From an uncultured Alphaproteobacteria bacterium (GTDB lineage Bacteria; Pseudomonadota; Alphaproteobacteria; RF32; CAG-239), in the NCBI GenBank assembly GCA_944392225.1, contig CALXWB010000006.1, forward strand, positions 1-58,748: a stretch of DNA of 58,748 bases, read 5' to 3'. The notes below the pieces were generated by a model that was given only the letters and a program-made list of their open reading frames with translations, had not been told where the DNA came from and did not search any database. The translations under genes were made by a program, and so were the position numbers. This document shows, one piece after another, positions 1 to 9,425 of the stretch. Every line of letters starts with the position of its first letter. The first letter of the stretch is position 1.

Positions 1-20
1 CAAGCCAGATATAGCAACGC

Positions 21-54
21 AAAAACGCCAAGGATTTTTATCCTCGGCGTTTTT
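21..54 (-). terminator. Intrinsic terminator downstream of tRNA-Thr
   Basis: AAAAACGCCAAGGAT-TTTT-ATCCTCGGCGTTTTT inverted repeat with A/T tracts on both sides. Confidence 0.7.
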
Positions 55-78
55 ATCATGAGCAAAATCTAAAAAAAA

Positions 79-154
<76 letters not shown>

Positions 155-210
155 ATGGCTCATAAATTATACCACAATTTACAAATTGCAAGTTTTATTT
201 ATTTGCCCTG

Positions 211-2676
211 TTATTTTTCTTGTTCTTTTTTGCCTTTTTCTTTTGTTTTTTTGTTTTCCAACATTTCCAAAACAGCTTTTTTAATGTCGGCATCGCCCAA
301 AGTGATGGTTTGCTGCGGGAACGGAATCTCTATTCCTTCTTCTCTGAAACGCTTGTCTATTTCAAAACGCAAATCACTCGGTATCATCCAGCCGGTCCAA
401 ATATCACTGGTATAGCAGCGCAACTCAAAATCCAAACTGCTGGGGCCAAAATCTTTGAAAAGAACTGACGGAGCCGGCTTTTTTAACACGCGTTTATGCG
501 CCTCTGCACATTCCAGCAAAATTTCAGCCACGCGACGCGTATCTGAACCATAGGCCACGCCGACATTGATTGACATACGCGATGAGTTGTCACTATGGGT
601 CAAGTTGGTAACCGTGGTGGACAAGATGTTGGCATTGGGGATAATTAAACTGGTCTTTTTGAAAGTTTCAACCTCGGTTGCACGGATGTTGATTTGCTTT
701 ACTCGGCCTTCTTCGCCATTAATACTCACCCAATCGCCCACTTTTATCGGACGTTCAAACAAAATAACAATACCGGAAACAAAGTTGTTGACCACATTTT
801 GCAAGCCCAAACCAATACCAACTGATAAAGCACCGGCAATCAACGCAAGGTTTCCTAAATCGCCTCCCATGATGGCTATGGCCAAGAGCGCCGATAAAAC
901 ATAGCCCACCGAACCAAAGCCGGATTCCAACGAGGCTTTAATTCCTTCATCAATATCCATTTTGCTCAAAACATTGCCGACCAAACGGCGTTTTAAGGCT
1001 CGAACTATGTTGACGGCAATGAAGAAAATGATGATGCCTAAGAATATGGACAACAAAGAAATTTTTACACCGCCTATATTAAACCCGGTGAAAATTTTAT
1101 ATATTCCGTGATTTAATATTTCTACCGAAACACCCCATAAAGCCAAAATCATATAAATGGCCAACAGAACAAAAAGCGGATCCACAACCAAGCTTATCCA
1201 GAAATTGAGCTTGGATAAAATCTTTCTCTTCACCCGGAAAGTTTTGGCCCAAAAACGCATCAGCAACAAACGATGCATTATCTCTTCAAAAGCTTTGCGC
1301 ACAATGAACAAAAAGCCCAAAAGGATGAATGTCATGATGATGCGGTTTAATATGAAGGCTGATAAAAACGGATAACCGCTTATGGCCACCAAACACAAAA
1401 TGATGCCCGCCACCGTGGTAAAGAATGTGATTTTGAAAGATGAACTTTCGCCATCATCTTCTTGGGTTTCATCATCCTCATCTTCCGGATTGTCATCTTC
1501 AACTTCCGGCAGGCCGTCCCATAAACTGCGGCGCACGATCAGCCATATGAAAAAGGCTTTGACAAAACACCCCATCGCACTGATATAAGCCGATAAATCT
1601 ATGCTGTAATCCGAACGGTCTGATATATATTCCAAAAAGCCAAACAAGCCAATGGCATATATCATGCCATAAAAGGCGGAAGCCATGCTTAAAGCTTTTT
1701 CATTATTGACATTGACCAAACGCCAGCGCTCGTTATAAGGCGCAAAAACCACACGAGCAATGGCGCGCCCCAACAAAACATATAAAGAAAAGAACAAAAA
1801 GCTGCCGACGATAGAGGCAAAATAGCCGGTTAAAATTTCGGTTGACGCAATCCATATCAGCATGCCGACGATAATGCAGGATGGAATCACGCCATAGCCG
1901 ATGGCCACGCATATGGCTGCCGAAACTTTTTTGCCATAACGGGGATGCTCAATTGTGTTATCATAACCAAATTTGCGCATGATGAGCAAACGCAAATAAA
2001 CACCCAAAATCAAACTCAATATAAAGATGACAAAAACCGGCAAACCGTTATTGTAGACGCGTGCTTTTTCCGTTTGATTCAAGCTTTCATACCAGCTTAT
2101 CGGTGAGTCGATGATATCATAAATAAAGCTCAAAAGATATTTGTTGGCTTCAAACAAATTGGCCGGATTTATCAGCGGTTTTTGTTTGTTAAACAAATTG
2201 CCGAACAGTTCTTTGCTGCGCAGATTTAAAATACGCGTATCAGTTTCATCCAAACGAGCCAAAATGACATCCGCTTCGGCCACTTTGCCTTTTTGCGTGT
2301 CAAGCTCTGATGTATATTCTTTGCGCTTTTGCGATAAGAGCTTTGATTCTTGGCCGCCTTCCGGAACTTCGCCCAAAGCATCCAGCTTTTTTTGCGTGTA
2401 TTGCATATCTTGTTCCAGCGCTTTTTTGGCCTCTAATGCCAAGCTGCGCATGGTTGAAGATAAGCGGATGCTGGCTTGCAGATAATCCGGCTTGGCCGAC
2501 CCGCTTTTCAAGATCTTATCCATGTCGTTTAACATGGTGGAAAACTTGAGATAATCAAATTTTGTTAAGGAATCTTGTGTTTGAGTTTTATCTGTTTTTT
2601 CTTCCGCCCAGACAGAATCTGTGCAAACAAACACACAGAAAAATGAAAACAATAACAATGATAAAAATTTTTTCAT
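211..2676 (-). CDS. Large MscS-family (MscK-like) mechanosensitive channel
   Basis: Signal peptide, coiled-coil periplasmic part, many TM helices, C-terminal MscS motifs GALSVGIGLGLQNVVNNFVSG, ERPIKVGDW, GIEIPFPQ. Confidence 0.92.
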   Translation of the reverse strand: MKKFLSLLLFSFFCVFVCTDSVWAEEKTDKTQTQDSLTKFDYLKFSTMLNDMDKILKSGSAKPDYLQASIRLSSTMRSLALEAKKALEQDMQYTQKKLDALGEVPEGGQESKLLSQKRKEYTSELDTQKGKVAEADVILARLDETDTRILNLRSKELFGNLFNKQKPLINPANLFEANKYLLSFIYDIIDSPISWYESLNQTEKARVYNNGLPVFVIFILSLILGVYLRLLIMRKFGYDNTIEHPRYGKKVSAAICVAIGYGVIPSCIIVGMLIWIASTEILTGYFASIVGSFLFFSLYVLLGRAIARVVFAPYNERWRLVNVNNEKALSMASAFYGMIYAIGLFGFLEYISDRSDYSIDLSAYISAMGCFVKAFFIWLIVRRSLWDGLPEVEDDNPEDEDDETQEDDGESSSFKITFFTTVAGIILCLVAISGYPFLSAFILNRIIMTFILLGFLFIVRKAFEEIMHRLLLMRFWAKTFRVKRKILSKLNFWISLVVDPLFVLLAIYMILALWGVSVEILNHGIYKIFTGFNIGGVKISLLSIFLGIIIFFIAVNIVRALKRRLVGNVLSKMDIDEGIKASLESGFGSVGYVLSALLAIAIMGGDLGNLALIAGALSVGIGLGLQNVVNNFVSGIVILFERPIKVGDWVSINGEEGRVKQINIRATEVETFKKTSLIIPNANILSTTVTNLTHSDNSSRMSINVGVAYGSDTRRVAEILLECAEAHKRVLKKPAPSVLFKDFGPSSLDFELRCYTSDIWTGWMIPSDLRFEIDKRFREEGIEIPFPQQTITLGDADIKKAVLEMLENKKTKEKGKKEQEK

Positions 2677-2711
2677 CGGAATTTTCCTTAACTTATAAGT
2701 CAGATTATTTT

Positions 2712-3716
2712 TTATTTTCCAAGCAACAACTTCATCACATTAAAGGCATTTTTTGCCACGCCGACGCGCAGGTTATCGGCCACGCACCAAAAGCTGATGC
2801 CGTTTTCAACCGAAACGTCTTGACGCAGGCGGCTGACATAAACCTCATTTTCGCCCTGAACATCGCTCATCGTTACATAACCGCCGTTGACGTGTTTGTC
2901 AAAAACAACCACGCCCTCCGTTTTGCTCATGAGTGTGCGGACATCTTCAACATCAACCTCATCGGCACATTCCACATTGACAAACATGCCGCAACCAATA
3001 AATGCCGGAATGAAAGCGCAGTTGGCATGAACCTTGACATTGGCGTTCAAAACCTTTTTGGTTTCAGCGTTCAAAGCCCATTCGTTTTGGGTTTCATCTC
3101 CCAAAAACTCCCCAACCTGCGGAATCACGTTGAAAGCAATTTGTTTGTTGAAAACTTTTTGATTATCGACCAAAGTATCGTTCATATAAATTTTTCTGAC
3201 CTGGTCAAAAAGCTCATCCATACCTTCTTTGCCATAAACGGATGTGGAACTATAAGTGGTGACAACAAGTCTGTTAATCAGATATTTTTCATTGACCTTG
3301 CTCAAAGGCAGCAACATTTGCGTCACGGCGGCAGAAGGAATCGAAACCAAGCCGCGTTTGGCCTCACTAACCTTGGCATCGTTGACGCCGGAAACAATCA
3401 TCGGAACATCGGAATCGGCAAAAAAGGCCGAAGATGTGTCCACAACTTTTGCACCCTTGCTCAAAGCCTTGGGAACATAGCGTTTGGCCAGCTCGTCGGT
3501 GGTGGCAAAAATGGCAACATCCACCTTGCCAAAATCAAAATCATCCAAGTTTAAGACATCCAGATCATCATCTTCGCCATAAGAAACTTGGTTGCCCAGA
3601 ACCGATTTATAATCAACGGCAAAAACATCTTTAGCTTTGATGCCGTCTTCTTCCAAAAAGCTCAAAATCTCATGTCCGACGCTTTCCATTACGCCGACAA
3701 CTGCAATCTTTGTCAT
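2712..3716 (-). CDS. Aspartate-semialdehyde dehydrogenase homologue lacking catalytic residues (probable pseudoenzyme)
   Basis: Asd scaffold motifs GKEGMDELF, QIAFNVIP, WCVADNLRVG present, but NPNC reads IPSA and GHSE reads GCGM. Confidence 0.85.
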   Translation of the reverse strand: MTKIAVVGVMESVGHEILSFLEEDGIKAKDVFAVDYKSVLGNQVSYGEDDDLDVLNLDDFDFGKVDVAIFATTDELAKRYVPKALSKGAKVVDTSSAFFADSDVPMIVSGVNDAKVSEAKRGLVSIPSAAVTQMLLPLSKVNEKYLINRLVVTTYSSTSVYGKEGMDELFDQVRKIYMNDTLVDNQKVFNKQIAFNVIPQVGEFLGDETQNEWALNAETKKVLNANVKVHANCAFIPAFIGCGMFVNVECADEVDVEDVRTLMSKTEGVVVFDKHVNGGYVTMSDVQGENEVYVSRLRQDVSVENGISFWCVADNLRVGVAKNAFNVMKLLLGK

Positions 3717-4010
3717 TTGCGAATCATCCTTTTTTTATAATCAAAATCTTTTTTATCTTTCTATATCATCTTTTTTCAAGCTTACCAACATTTTTTTCAA
3801 AAACTTTTACATTTATTGGCTGACAGATTTTGGACAAAATTGTATATTTTTTCTGTTTTAAGATTATTGTGGTTATTACTTTAAATAAATTGATTGGTTC
3901 TTTGCTAAGGGGAAGCAGTCGGTTGGTTTTTGGCAATGATGATGATAAGCTTAAGGCTCTTGCTCCGAAAATCGGGTAAGATATTTTATTCATTTTAATT
4001 TTTTTAATTT

Positions 4011-5456
4011 ATGAAAAACTTTAATTTTAAGGCAATTATTATTGCCATCATTGCGCCGATTGTAAAATTGTTCCCAGCATGGGCGCTGAAGTTTACCAAG
4101 AAGTCAAACCCGTTTGCGGAAAAGTTTATGATCTCTTCCAAAAGAGAGATTAAATATCTGGCGAAACACCTCAAATCGGTGAATTGGATTAGCGAACGCA
4201 GATGGCGTCTGCAAACCTACAAGCTTGTCTATGCTTGCAAAGACCCTCATTCCCTAGCTTTTCAGGCCTTCATTAACAATATCGATAACAGCGAAGTTTT
4301 TGATGCTGCTTATGCCGAAGTTCCTGTCGAAGCCGTTGAGGCTAAAGGGTATACCCTTGACAGTAAACGTGTTATCACGGCATGTAATGATAATATAGAT
4401 TATTTTTACATCCTTGAAAAAAAGCAGCCAAGAAGTTTCACCCCAGATATTGTGAGACAGCTGGAAGAAAAAGTAAGAAGTGCGTATTACGATACATTGT
4501 ATACGTATGGCAATTGGCAGGAGCTGGCAAAGCTGGATTCTCTCCTTTACCATGATTGGGAGAACGCTTCGACCATGGAAATGCGAGAAAAGGCAAAACG
4601 TTGCTTGGACTCTTTGCTTGAGAATAAGGATTATCTTCCCAATTTAACTGCGGGGCAGTTGCGTTCGCTGGGAGATAAGTTTGAAACTTGGAGCAAAGAG
4701 GCAAACCCCAATATTGTCGCAGATAAAATGCTGCAATATTGGAAAAAGGGAAAAAATTTCAACGAAATTTTCGCCCTTCTGGAACGCTTTTTAAGTGCTC
4801 CTAAGGCCGATACATCTCGGGCGATAGAGATTTCATCTATGCTCGAAGGCACAGAGTTTTATACTCCGGCCGTGATTGCAATGATCGGCAAAGGGATTGC
4901 TCGTCCTCAGGATTTTTCTTGCCTTACAGGAGATGCTGAAAGCATAAAGAAAAATCTTGAGCACTGCATTGCTCAGAAAGTTGAAAGTCTTATATCTAAC
5001 GATGATTTTGCTCTCTTGGATAATACGCAAAAGGCATCTTTGCTCGAAATTTTGGCCAAGAGGGGAAAGCTTTCTCTTGACCTGTTATCTACCGTTCAGG
5101 ATAATCAACTCAAAAAAAAGTTGATAAATATATTGGAGGAAAATGCTCAGGCAAAGTGGTTTGCCTCATTATTGGGACATAGCATCGTTGAGAGTTACAT
5201 CAGAGATCTCGACTCAATGCCTTGCATCTACGGGAAGACTCAAAGTTTGAGTTTCCATGATGGAGAATGGGTTCAAATCTTTGTTGAGAAAAACTGGTAT
5301 GATGAGGAACATATCGTCAAGCTCATGCAAAGCCCTTATGCCAAGTCAATTCGGATTTTTATTGAAAAATACGGATTGACCCAGAAGCAATTTGAGGCTC
5401 TACTCACGGGACAAAACTCCGCATTGGCACCGAAAGTAAAAAAATTTCTTAATTAA
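4011..5456 (+). CDS. Hypothetical protein (481 aa, helical)
   Basis: Long ATG-initiated ORF with its own downstream terminator; no motif recognised. Confidence 0.75.
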   Translation: MKNFNFKAIIIAIIAPIVKLFPAWALKFTKKSNPFAEKFMISSKREIKYLAKHLKSVNWISERRWRLQTYKLVYACKDPHSLAFQAFINNIDNSEVFDAAYAEVPVEAVEAKGYTLDSKRVITACNDNIDYFYILEKKQPRSFTPDIVRQLEEKVRSAYYDTLYTYGNWQELAKLDSLLYHDWENASTMEMREKAKRCLDSLLENKDYLPNLTAGQLRSLGDKFETWSKEANPNIVADKMLQYWKKGKNFNEIFALLERFLSAPKADTSRAIEISSMLEGTEFYTPAVIAMIGKGIARPQDFSCLTGDAESIKKNLEHCIAQKVESLISNDDFALLDNTQKASLLEILAKRGKLSLDLLSTVQDNQLKKKLINILEENAQAKWFASLLGHSIVESYIRDLDSMPCIYGKTQSLSFHDGEWVQIFVEKNWYDEEHIVKLMQSPYAKSIRIFIEKYGLTQKQFEALLTGQNSALAPKVKKFLN

Positions 5457-5490
5457 TAGCAATATTTTCGTTCTTTTGCTGTTTGCGTCT

Positions 5491-5526
5491 AAACACTCTG
5501 GCTTGTGAAAGTCGGAGTGTTTTTTT
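5491..5526 (+). terminator. Intrinsic terminator of the 481-aa gene
   Basis: AAACACTCTGGCTT-GTGA-AAGTCGGAGTGTTTTTTT hairpin plus T tract. Confidence 0.75.
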
Positions 5527-5540
5527 ATTTTAAAATGCAC

Positions 5541-5576
5541 AAAAAAAATCCTCAGGATAAAACCTGAGGATTTTTT
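5541..5576 (-). terminator. Intrinsic terminator after rplS
   Basis: AAAAAAAATCCTCAGG-ATAAAA-CCTGAGGATTTTTT perfect stem. Confidence 0.8.
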
Positions 5577-5596
5577 CTTTTAACTCAACGCTAAAA

Positions 5597-5995
5597 TTAT
5601 TCAGCATCTTTGTTGTCTTCACGAGCTTTTGCAGCGGCTGCCAAGTCATCGGCAATACGAGCAGAACGGCCACGCAATGCGCGCAAGAAGTATAATTTTG
5701 CACGGCGAACTTTACCGATACGAGATACTTCAATTTTTGCAACATTCGGAGAATATAACGGGAAAACACGTTCTACGCCTTCACCGAAAGAAATTTTTCT
5801 AACCGTGAAAGAAGAGTTTAAGCCGTCATTTTTACGAGCGATGCAAACGCCTTCATAAATTTGGATACGTTCTCTGTCGCCTTCTTTTACTTTGGTGTGA
5901 ACGCGCAAGGTGTCACCAGGTTTAAAACTAGGAACGTTTTTACCTTCGGTGAGCTTTTCCATTTGCTCTTTTTCAATATCTTCAATTATGTTCAT
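5597..5995 (-). CDS. rplS: 50S ribosomal protein L19
   Basis: [43 protein letters not shown]; follows trmD. Confidence 0.98.
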   Translation of the reverse strand: MNIIEDIEKEQMEKLTEGKNVPSFKPGDTLRVHTKVKEGDRERIQIYEGVCIARKNDGLNSSFTVRKISFGEGVERVFPLYSPNVAKIEVSRIGKVRRAKLYFLRALRGRSARIADDLAAAAKAREDNKDAE

Positions 5996-6034
5996 CAGTT
6001 TTACCCTTTTACTAATTTTTTTAACTTTATATAT

Positions 6035-6724
6035 CTAAACTCTTTTAGAATCAAGATATTTCTTCAACAAATCAGGTCTTCTTCGTTCAGTTATTTCCAA
6101 GGCTTCCCGGTGTTGCCAGTCAGCAATTTTTTGGTGGTGTCCGCTCAATAAAACTTCCGGCACAACCCTTCCCTCCCACTCTATCGGGCGGGTGTATTGC
6201 GGGTGCTCCAGCAGATAGTTTTCAAAACTCTCGTCAGTGGTGGAATCTGCATTACCCAAAACGCCGGGCAAAAGCCTGATTACCGCATCTAACATAATTT
6301 GCGATGCTTGCTCGCCTCCGGTCAAAACATAGTCGCCTATGCTTATCTCTTCCACATTAAAGGCATCTAACACGCGTTGGTCAACACCTTCAAAGCGACC
6401 GCAAATGATTGTGAGTTCTTCTTCTTTGCTCAACTCTTTGACTTTGTCTTGGCTCAAGGGCATGCCCCTCGGGCTCATATAGATGATTCTGCCGCCATGG
6501 TAGTTGGCTTTGATTGCCGCGCCCAAAACATCGGGACGCATCACCATGCCGGCGCCGCCGCCACAAGGTGTGTCATCAACCGAGCCATGCTTGTCAAAAG
6601 CATAATCTCTGATGTTGACTGCCTCCAGCGACCAAATACCCTCTTTTAAGGCGCGACCGGTTAAAGAATAACCCAAAAAACCCGGAAAAATCTCGGGAAA
6701 TATGGTCAAAACCTTAACCTTCAT
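6035..6724 (-). CDS. trmD: tRNA (guanine-N1)-methyltransferase
   Basis: VDDTPCGGGAGMVM, CGRFEGVDQR, SIGDYVLTGGE, LLEHPQYTRP; start moved to ATG 6724 (MKVKVLTIFPE). Confidence 0.97.
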   Translation of the reverse strand: MKVKVLTIFPEIFPGFLGYSLTGRALKEGIWSLEAVNIRDYAFDKHGSVDDTPCGGGAGMVMRPDVLGAAIKANYHGGRIIYMSPRGMPLSQDKVKELSKEEELTIICGRFEGVDQRVLDAFNVEEISIGDYVLTGGEQASQIMLDAVIRLLPGVLGNADSTTDESFENYLLEHPQYTRPIEWEGRVVPEVLLSGHHQKIADWQHREALEITERRRPDLLKKYLDSKRV

Positions 6725-7274
6725 TATCCTCATCCTCAAAAGAGGTGTCTTCCTCATCTTCTTCGGCAAAGTTTATGAGCGAACGAACAATAATATAACC
6801 ATCTTTAATATTTATTGTTGGGACATATTCTTTTGTAAAAGGCAGCATTTCAGACTTTCCGTTTTCGCTTAATTTTATTTCAAGCATATCTCCGGCACCA
6901 AAATTATAAACGCCGACCACTTCACCCAACACCTCAGAAGTCTCGTCTTGAACTTTTAACCCGATTAAATCGGCATGATAAAATTCTTCCTCTTCCAAGG
7001 CAGGCAAAACATCTTTGCTTACATAAAACCCTGTGCCTTTCAAAGCCAGAGCTTCATTTCTGTCATCAAGCCCTTTTATCTTGACCCGTAACAAATCTTT
7101 AGAATGACCAACAACTTTAATCTCAAATTTGCGCGAACCTTCTTTGTTCTCAACCATTCCATATTGGTCAATGTCTTCGGGAACTTCGGTAAAGCTCTTC
7201 ACCTTAACCTCACCCCTGACACCGTGAACTCCGACGATGGCACCCAAACATATGCGATTGTCTTTTTTGCTCAT
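6714..7274 (-). CDS. rimM: Ribosome maturation factor RimM
   Basis: HGVRGEVKVKSFTE, EFYHADLIGL, NFGAGDMLEI; between rpsP and trmD. Confidence 0.96.
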   Translation of the reverse strand: MSKKDNRICLGAIVGVHGVRGEVKVKSFTEVPEDIDQYGMVENKEGSRKFEIKVVGHSKDLLRVKIKGLDDRNEALALKGTGFYVSKDVLPALEEEEFYHADLIGLKVQDETSEVLGEVVGVYNFGAGDMLEIKLSENGKSEMLPFTKEYVPTINIKDGYIIVRSLINFAEEDEEDTSFEDEDNEG

Positions 7275-7315
7275 CTAAAGCTCCGTTAAAAAAATAACTA
7301 AACGTTCAAAGTTTT

Positions 7316-7696
7316 TTATTCAGCAGAAGCTTCGGCGTTAGCAGCTTCAGCAGCAGCTTTTGCTTTTTCTTCTTTTTCTTTCAATCTTTCCATAGCTTTT
7401 GCTTTAGGAGCAGATTTTTTCGGTTGAGCATTGATAACCGGTTTGGCTACCAAACCCAAGTTTGCAAACAATTTTGCCAATCTTTCAGTCGGAAGAGCAC
7501 CTTTAGAGAGCCACTCTTTGACTTTTTCTTCATCAACAACCAAACGATTTGCGTGGTCTTGAGGCAACATCGGGTTATATGAACCAATGCGCTCAATGAA
7601 TCTACCGTCGCGTGGAGCTCTGGCATCGGCTACAACGATACGATAGAACGGACGTTTTTTAGAACCACCACGAGATAGTCTGATACGTACTGCCAT
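7316..7696 (-). CDS. rpsP: 30S ribosomal protein S16
   Basis: [35 protein letters not shown]. Confidence 0.98.
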   Translation of the reverse strand: MAVRIRLSRGGSKKRPFYRIVVADARAPRDGRFIERIGSYNPMLPQDHANRLVVDEEKVKEWLSKGALPTERLAKLFANLGLVAKPVINAQPKKSAPKAKAMERLKEKEEKAKAAAEAANAEASAE

Positions 7697-7766
7697 TTTA
7701 TTTTATCCTTTCTTTATTATTAACACCGCCGGATTGGTCACCCTTTCCGGCACTCAAATCCGCTCA

Positions 7767-9164
7767 TCAGAACGGAAATTTTCCTCCAAATCCGCCGAAG
7801 TTTCCTCCAAACGGACCATTTTTCATTAACTGAGAAGCCAGCGGCGACTTCAACAATGAACCCATGCCGCCCAACTTACCCATCTTTTTCATCATGGTTG
7901 ACATTTGCTCATATGATTTGAGCAACTTGTTAACCTCGTGAACTTCAACTCCGGCACCCGAGGCAATTCTCTTTTTGCGAGATGCCTTGATTATGTCCGG
8001 ATTTTTTCTTTCGGCCTTGGTCATGGAAAGTATGATGGCTTCTTGCTTCTTGATTAAGCCATCAGATCCGGCTGCCTCAATTTGGCTTTTGAACTTGGAC
8101 AACCCCGGAATCATCCCGACGATTGAACCGATACTTCCCATATTTTGAATCTGGCGGAGCTGACCTAACATATCTTCCAAGTCAAACTTGCCTTTCATCA
8201 TTTTTTTTGCCATTTTTTCGGCTTCTTCGTGATCCACCTTTTCAATGGCTTTTTCAACCAAAGAGACAACGTCTCCCTGACCTAAGATTCGTCCGGCCAT
8301 ACGTTCCGGATGAAACTCTTCAATCTCGTCAATCTTTTCGCCCGTGCCCAAAAACTTAATCGGGACGCCGGCCACCATTTTCATGCTCAATGCGGCACCG
8401 GCTCTTGAGCTACCGTCCACTCTGGTCAAGACCAAACCGGTGATGCCGATTTGCTCGTTAAACTCTTTGGCCACGTTGCAGGCCTCTTGACCAATCATTG
8501 AATCGGCAACCAACAAAACCTCGGTCGGATTGGCGATTTTTTTAACCTCTTTAACCTCATCCATCAGCACTTGGTCAATTTGCAAACGGCCGGCCGTATC
8601 CAAGATGATGACATCATAGCCGCCTTTTTTGCCTTCGCTTAGCGCACGTTTGGTAATGGCTTCCGGCTTTTCGCCTTTAACAATCGGCAAACAAGCAACG
8701 CCGATTTTTTCTGCCAATTGCGCCAACTGCTCTTGCGCGGCCGGACGATAAATGTCCAAAGAGGCCAATAAAACTTTTTTCTTTCCCTTCAACTTGTTGG
8801 CAATTTTGGCAGATGTTGTGGTTTTGCCCGAACCTTGCAAGCCGACCATCAACACACAGACCGGCGGCACGGCTTTGAAATTGAGCTCACTGCCCTCTTC
8901 CGAACCCAAAAGTTTGACCAACTCGTCATGCACAATTTTGACAACCATTTGTCCCGGTTGAATGGATTTGACAACCTTTTCACCCAAAGCCTCAACCTTG
9001 ACCTTGGCAATAAAGTCTTTGACCACCGGCAAAGACACATCGGCCTCAAGCAAAGCAATGCGAATTTCGCGCATGGCTTCGTCAATGTCTTTTTCCGTCA
9101 ATACACCGCGTGATGTAATCTTGGAAAAAACCGAACCTAATTTATCTGTCAGAGCCTCAAAAAT
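7767..9164 (-). CDS. ffh: Signal recognition particle protein Ffh, apparent ATT start
   Basis: GLQGSGKTT, DTAGR, Met-rich M domain; frame extends upstream of the ORF-track start as ATT-FEALTDKLGSVFSKITSRGVL, matching the conserved Ffh N-terminus, with AAGGA 8 nt upstream. Confidence 0.95.
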   Translation of the reverse strand: MFEALTDKLGSVFSKITSRGVLTEKDIDEAMREIRIALLEADVSLPVVKDFIAKVKVEALGEKVVKSIQPGQMVVKIVHDELVKLLGSEEGSELNFKAVPPVCVLMVGLQGSGKTTTSAKIANKLKGKKKVLLASLDIYRPAAQEQLAQLAEKIGVACLPIVKGEKPEAITKRALSEGKKGGYDVIILDTAGRLQIDQVLMDEVKEVKKIANPTEVLLVADSMIGQEACNVAKEFNEQIGITGLVLTRVDGSSRAGAALSMKMVAGVPIKFLGTGEKIDEIEEFHPERMAGRILGQGDVVSLVEKAIEKVDHEEAEKMAKKMMKGKFDLEDMLGQLRQIQNMGSIGSIVGMIPGLSKFKSQIEAAGSDGLIKKQEAIILSMTKAERKNPDIIKASRKKRIASGAGVEVHEVNKLLKSYEQMSTMMKKMGKLGGMGSLLKSPLASQLMKNGPFGGNFGGFGGKFPF

Positions 9165-9177
9165 TGTCTTATTCCTT

Positions 9178-9381
9178 TCAGGCAGGGCCTGAGCCCCACA
9201 CCACTTTACCTCTTGCCCCGTGTACCGCGATGCTCTCGCGACACTACACGAAACAAATACCTACACGTTGTTGCACGCAGGCGACGGCCTGAGCGAACAC
9301 CCTCTCACCCTCTTGCTCCGTGGACCGCGTTGCTCTCACATCACTTCCGCGAAAACAAGTGCCTACATACTATTGCACGCC
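9178..9381 (-). repeat. Two diverged ~100-nt tandem repeats with shared hairpin potential in the ffh 5' region
   Basis: Cores at 9186-9278 and 9286-9380 share GCGTGCAA, TGTAGG, TTGTTT, GAGAGCA, CGCGGT, CACGG, GCAAGAGG, GCTCAGGCC (minus strand); about 70% identical by hand alignment. Confidence 0.85.
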
Positions 9382-9425
9382 AGTGTGCGAACCCTCGCTG
9401 ACTGGCGGCACTCCTTGGAGTGTTA
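9376..9425 (-). ncRNA. ffh leader RNA motif (alphaproteobacterial ffh motif)
   Basis: Minus strand CACTCC-AA-GGAGTG hairpin then CGCCAG-TCAGCGAGGGTTCGCACA-CTGGCG hairpin; resembles the known ffh motif as recalled and lies upstream of ffh. Confidence 0.65.

Noticed and set aside
3869-3979. 36-codon GTG ORF ending KALAPKIG, echoing SALAPKVK at the end of the downstream 481-aa protein
   Set aside because: No SD, and the similarity is too short to separate from chance.
7727-7752. GCCGGA/TCCGGC hairpin between ffh and rpsP
   Set aside because: A short stem without a clean U tract; cannot be assigned as terminator or leader from sequence alone.
9178-9381. The tandem repeat as a CRISPR array or as coding sequence (ORFs 9213-9401, 9220-9426)
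   Set aside because: Only two long diverged units, no spacers and no cas genes; the 100-nt period is not a multiple of three and the ORFs lack SD and motifs.
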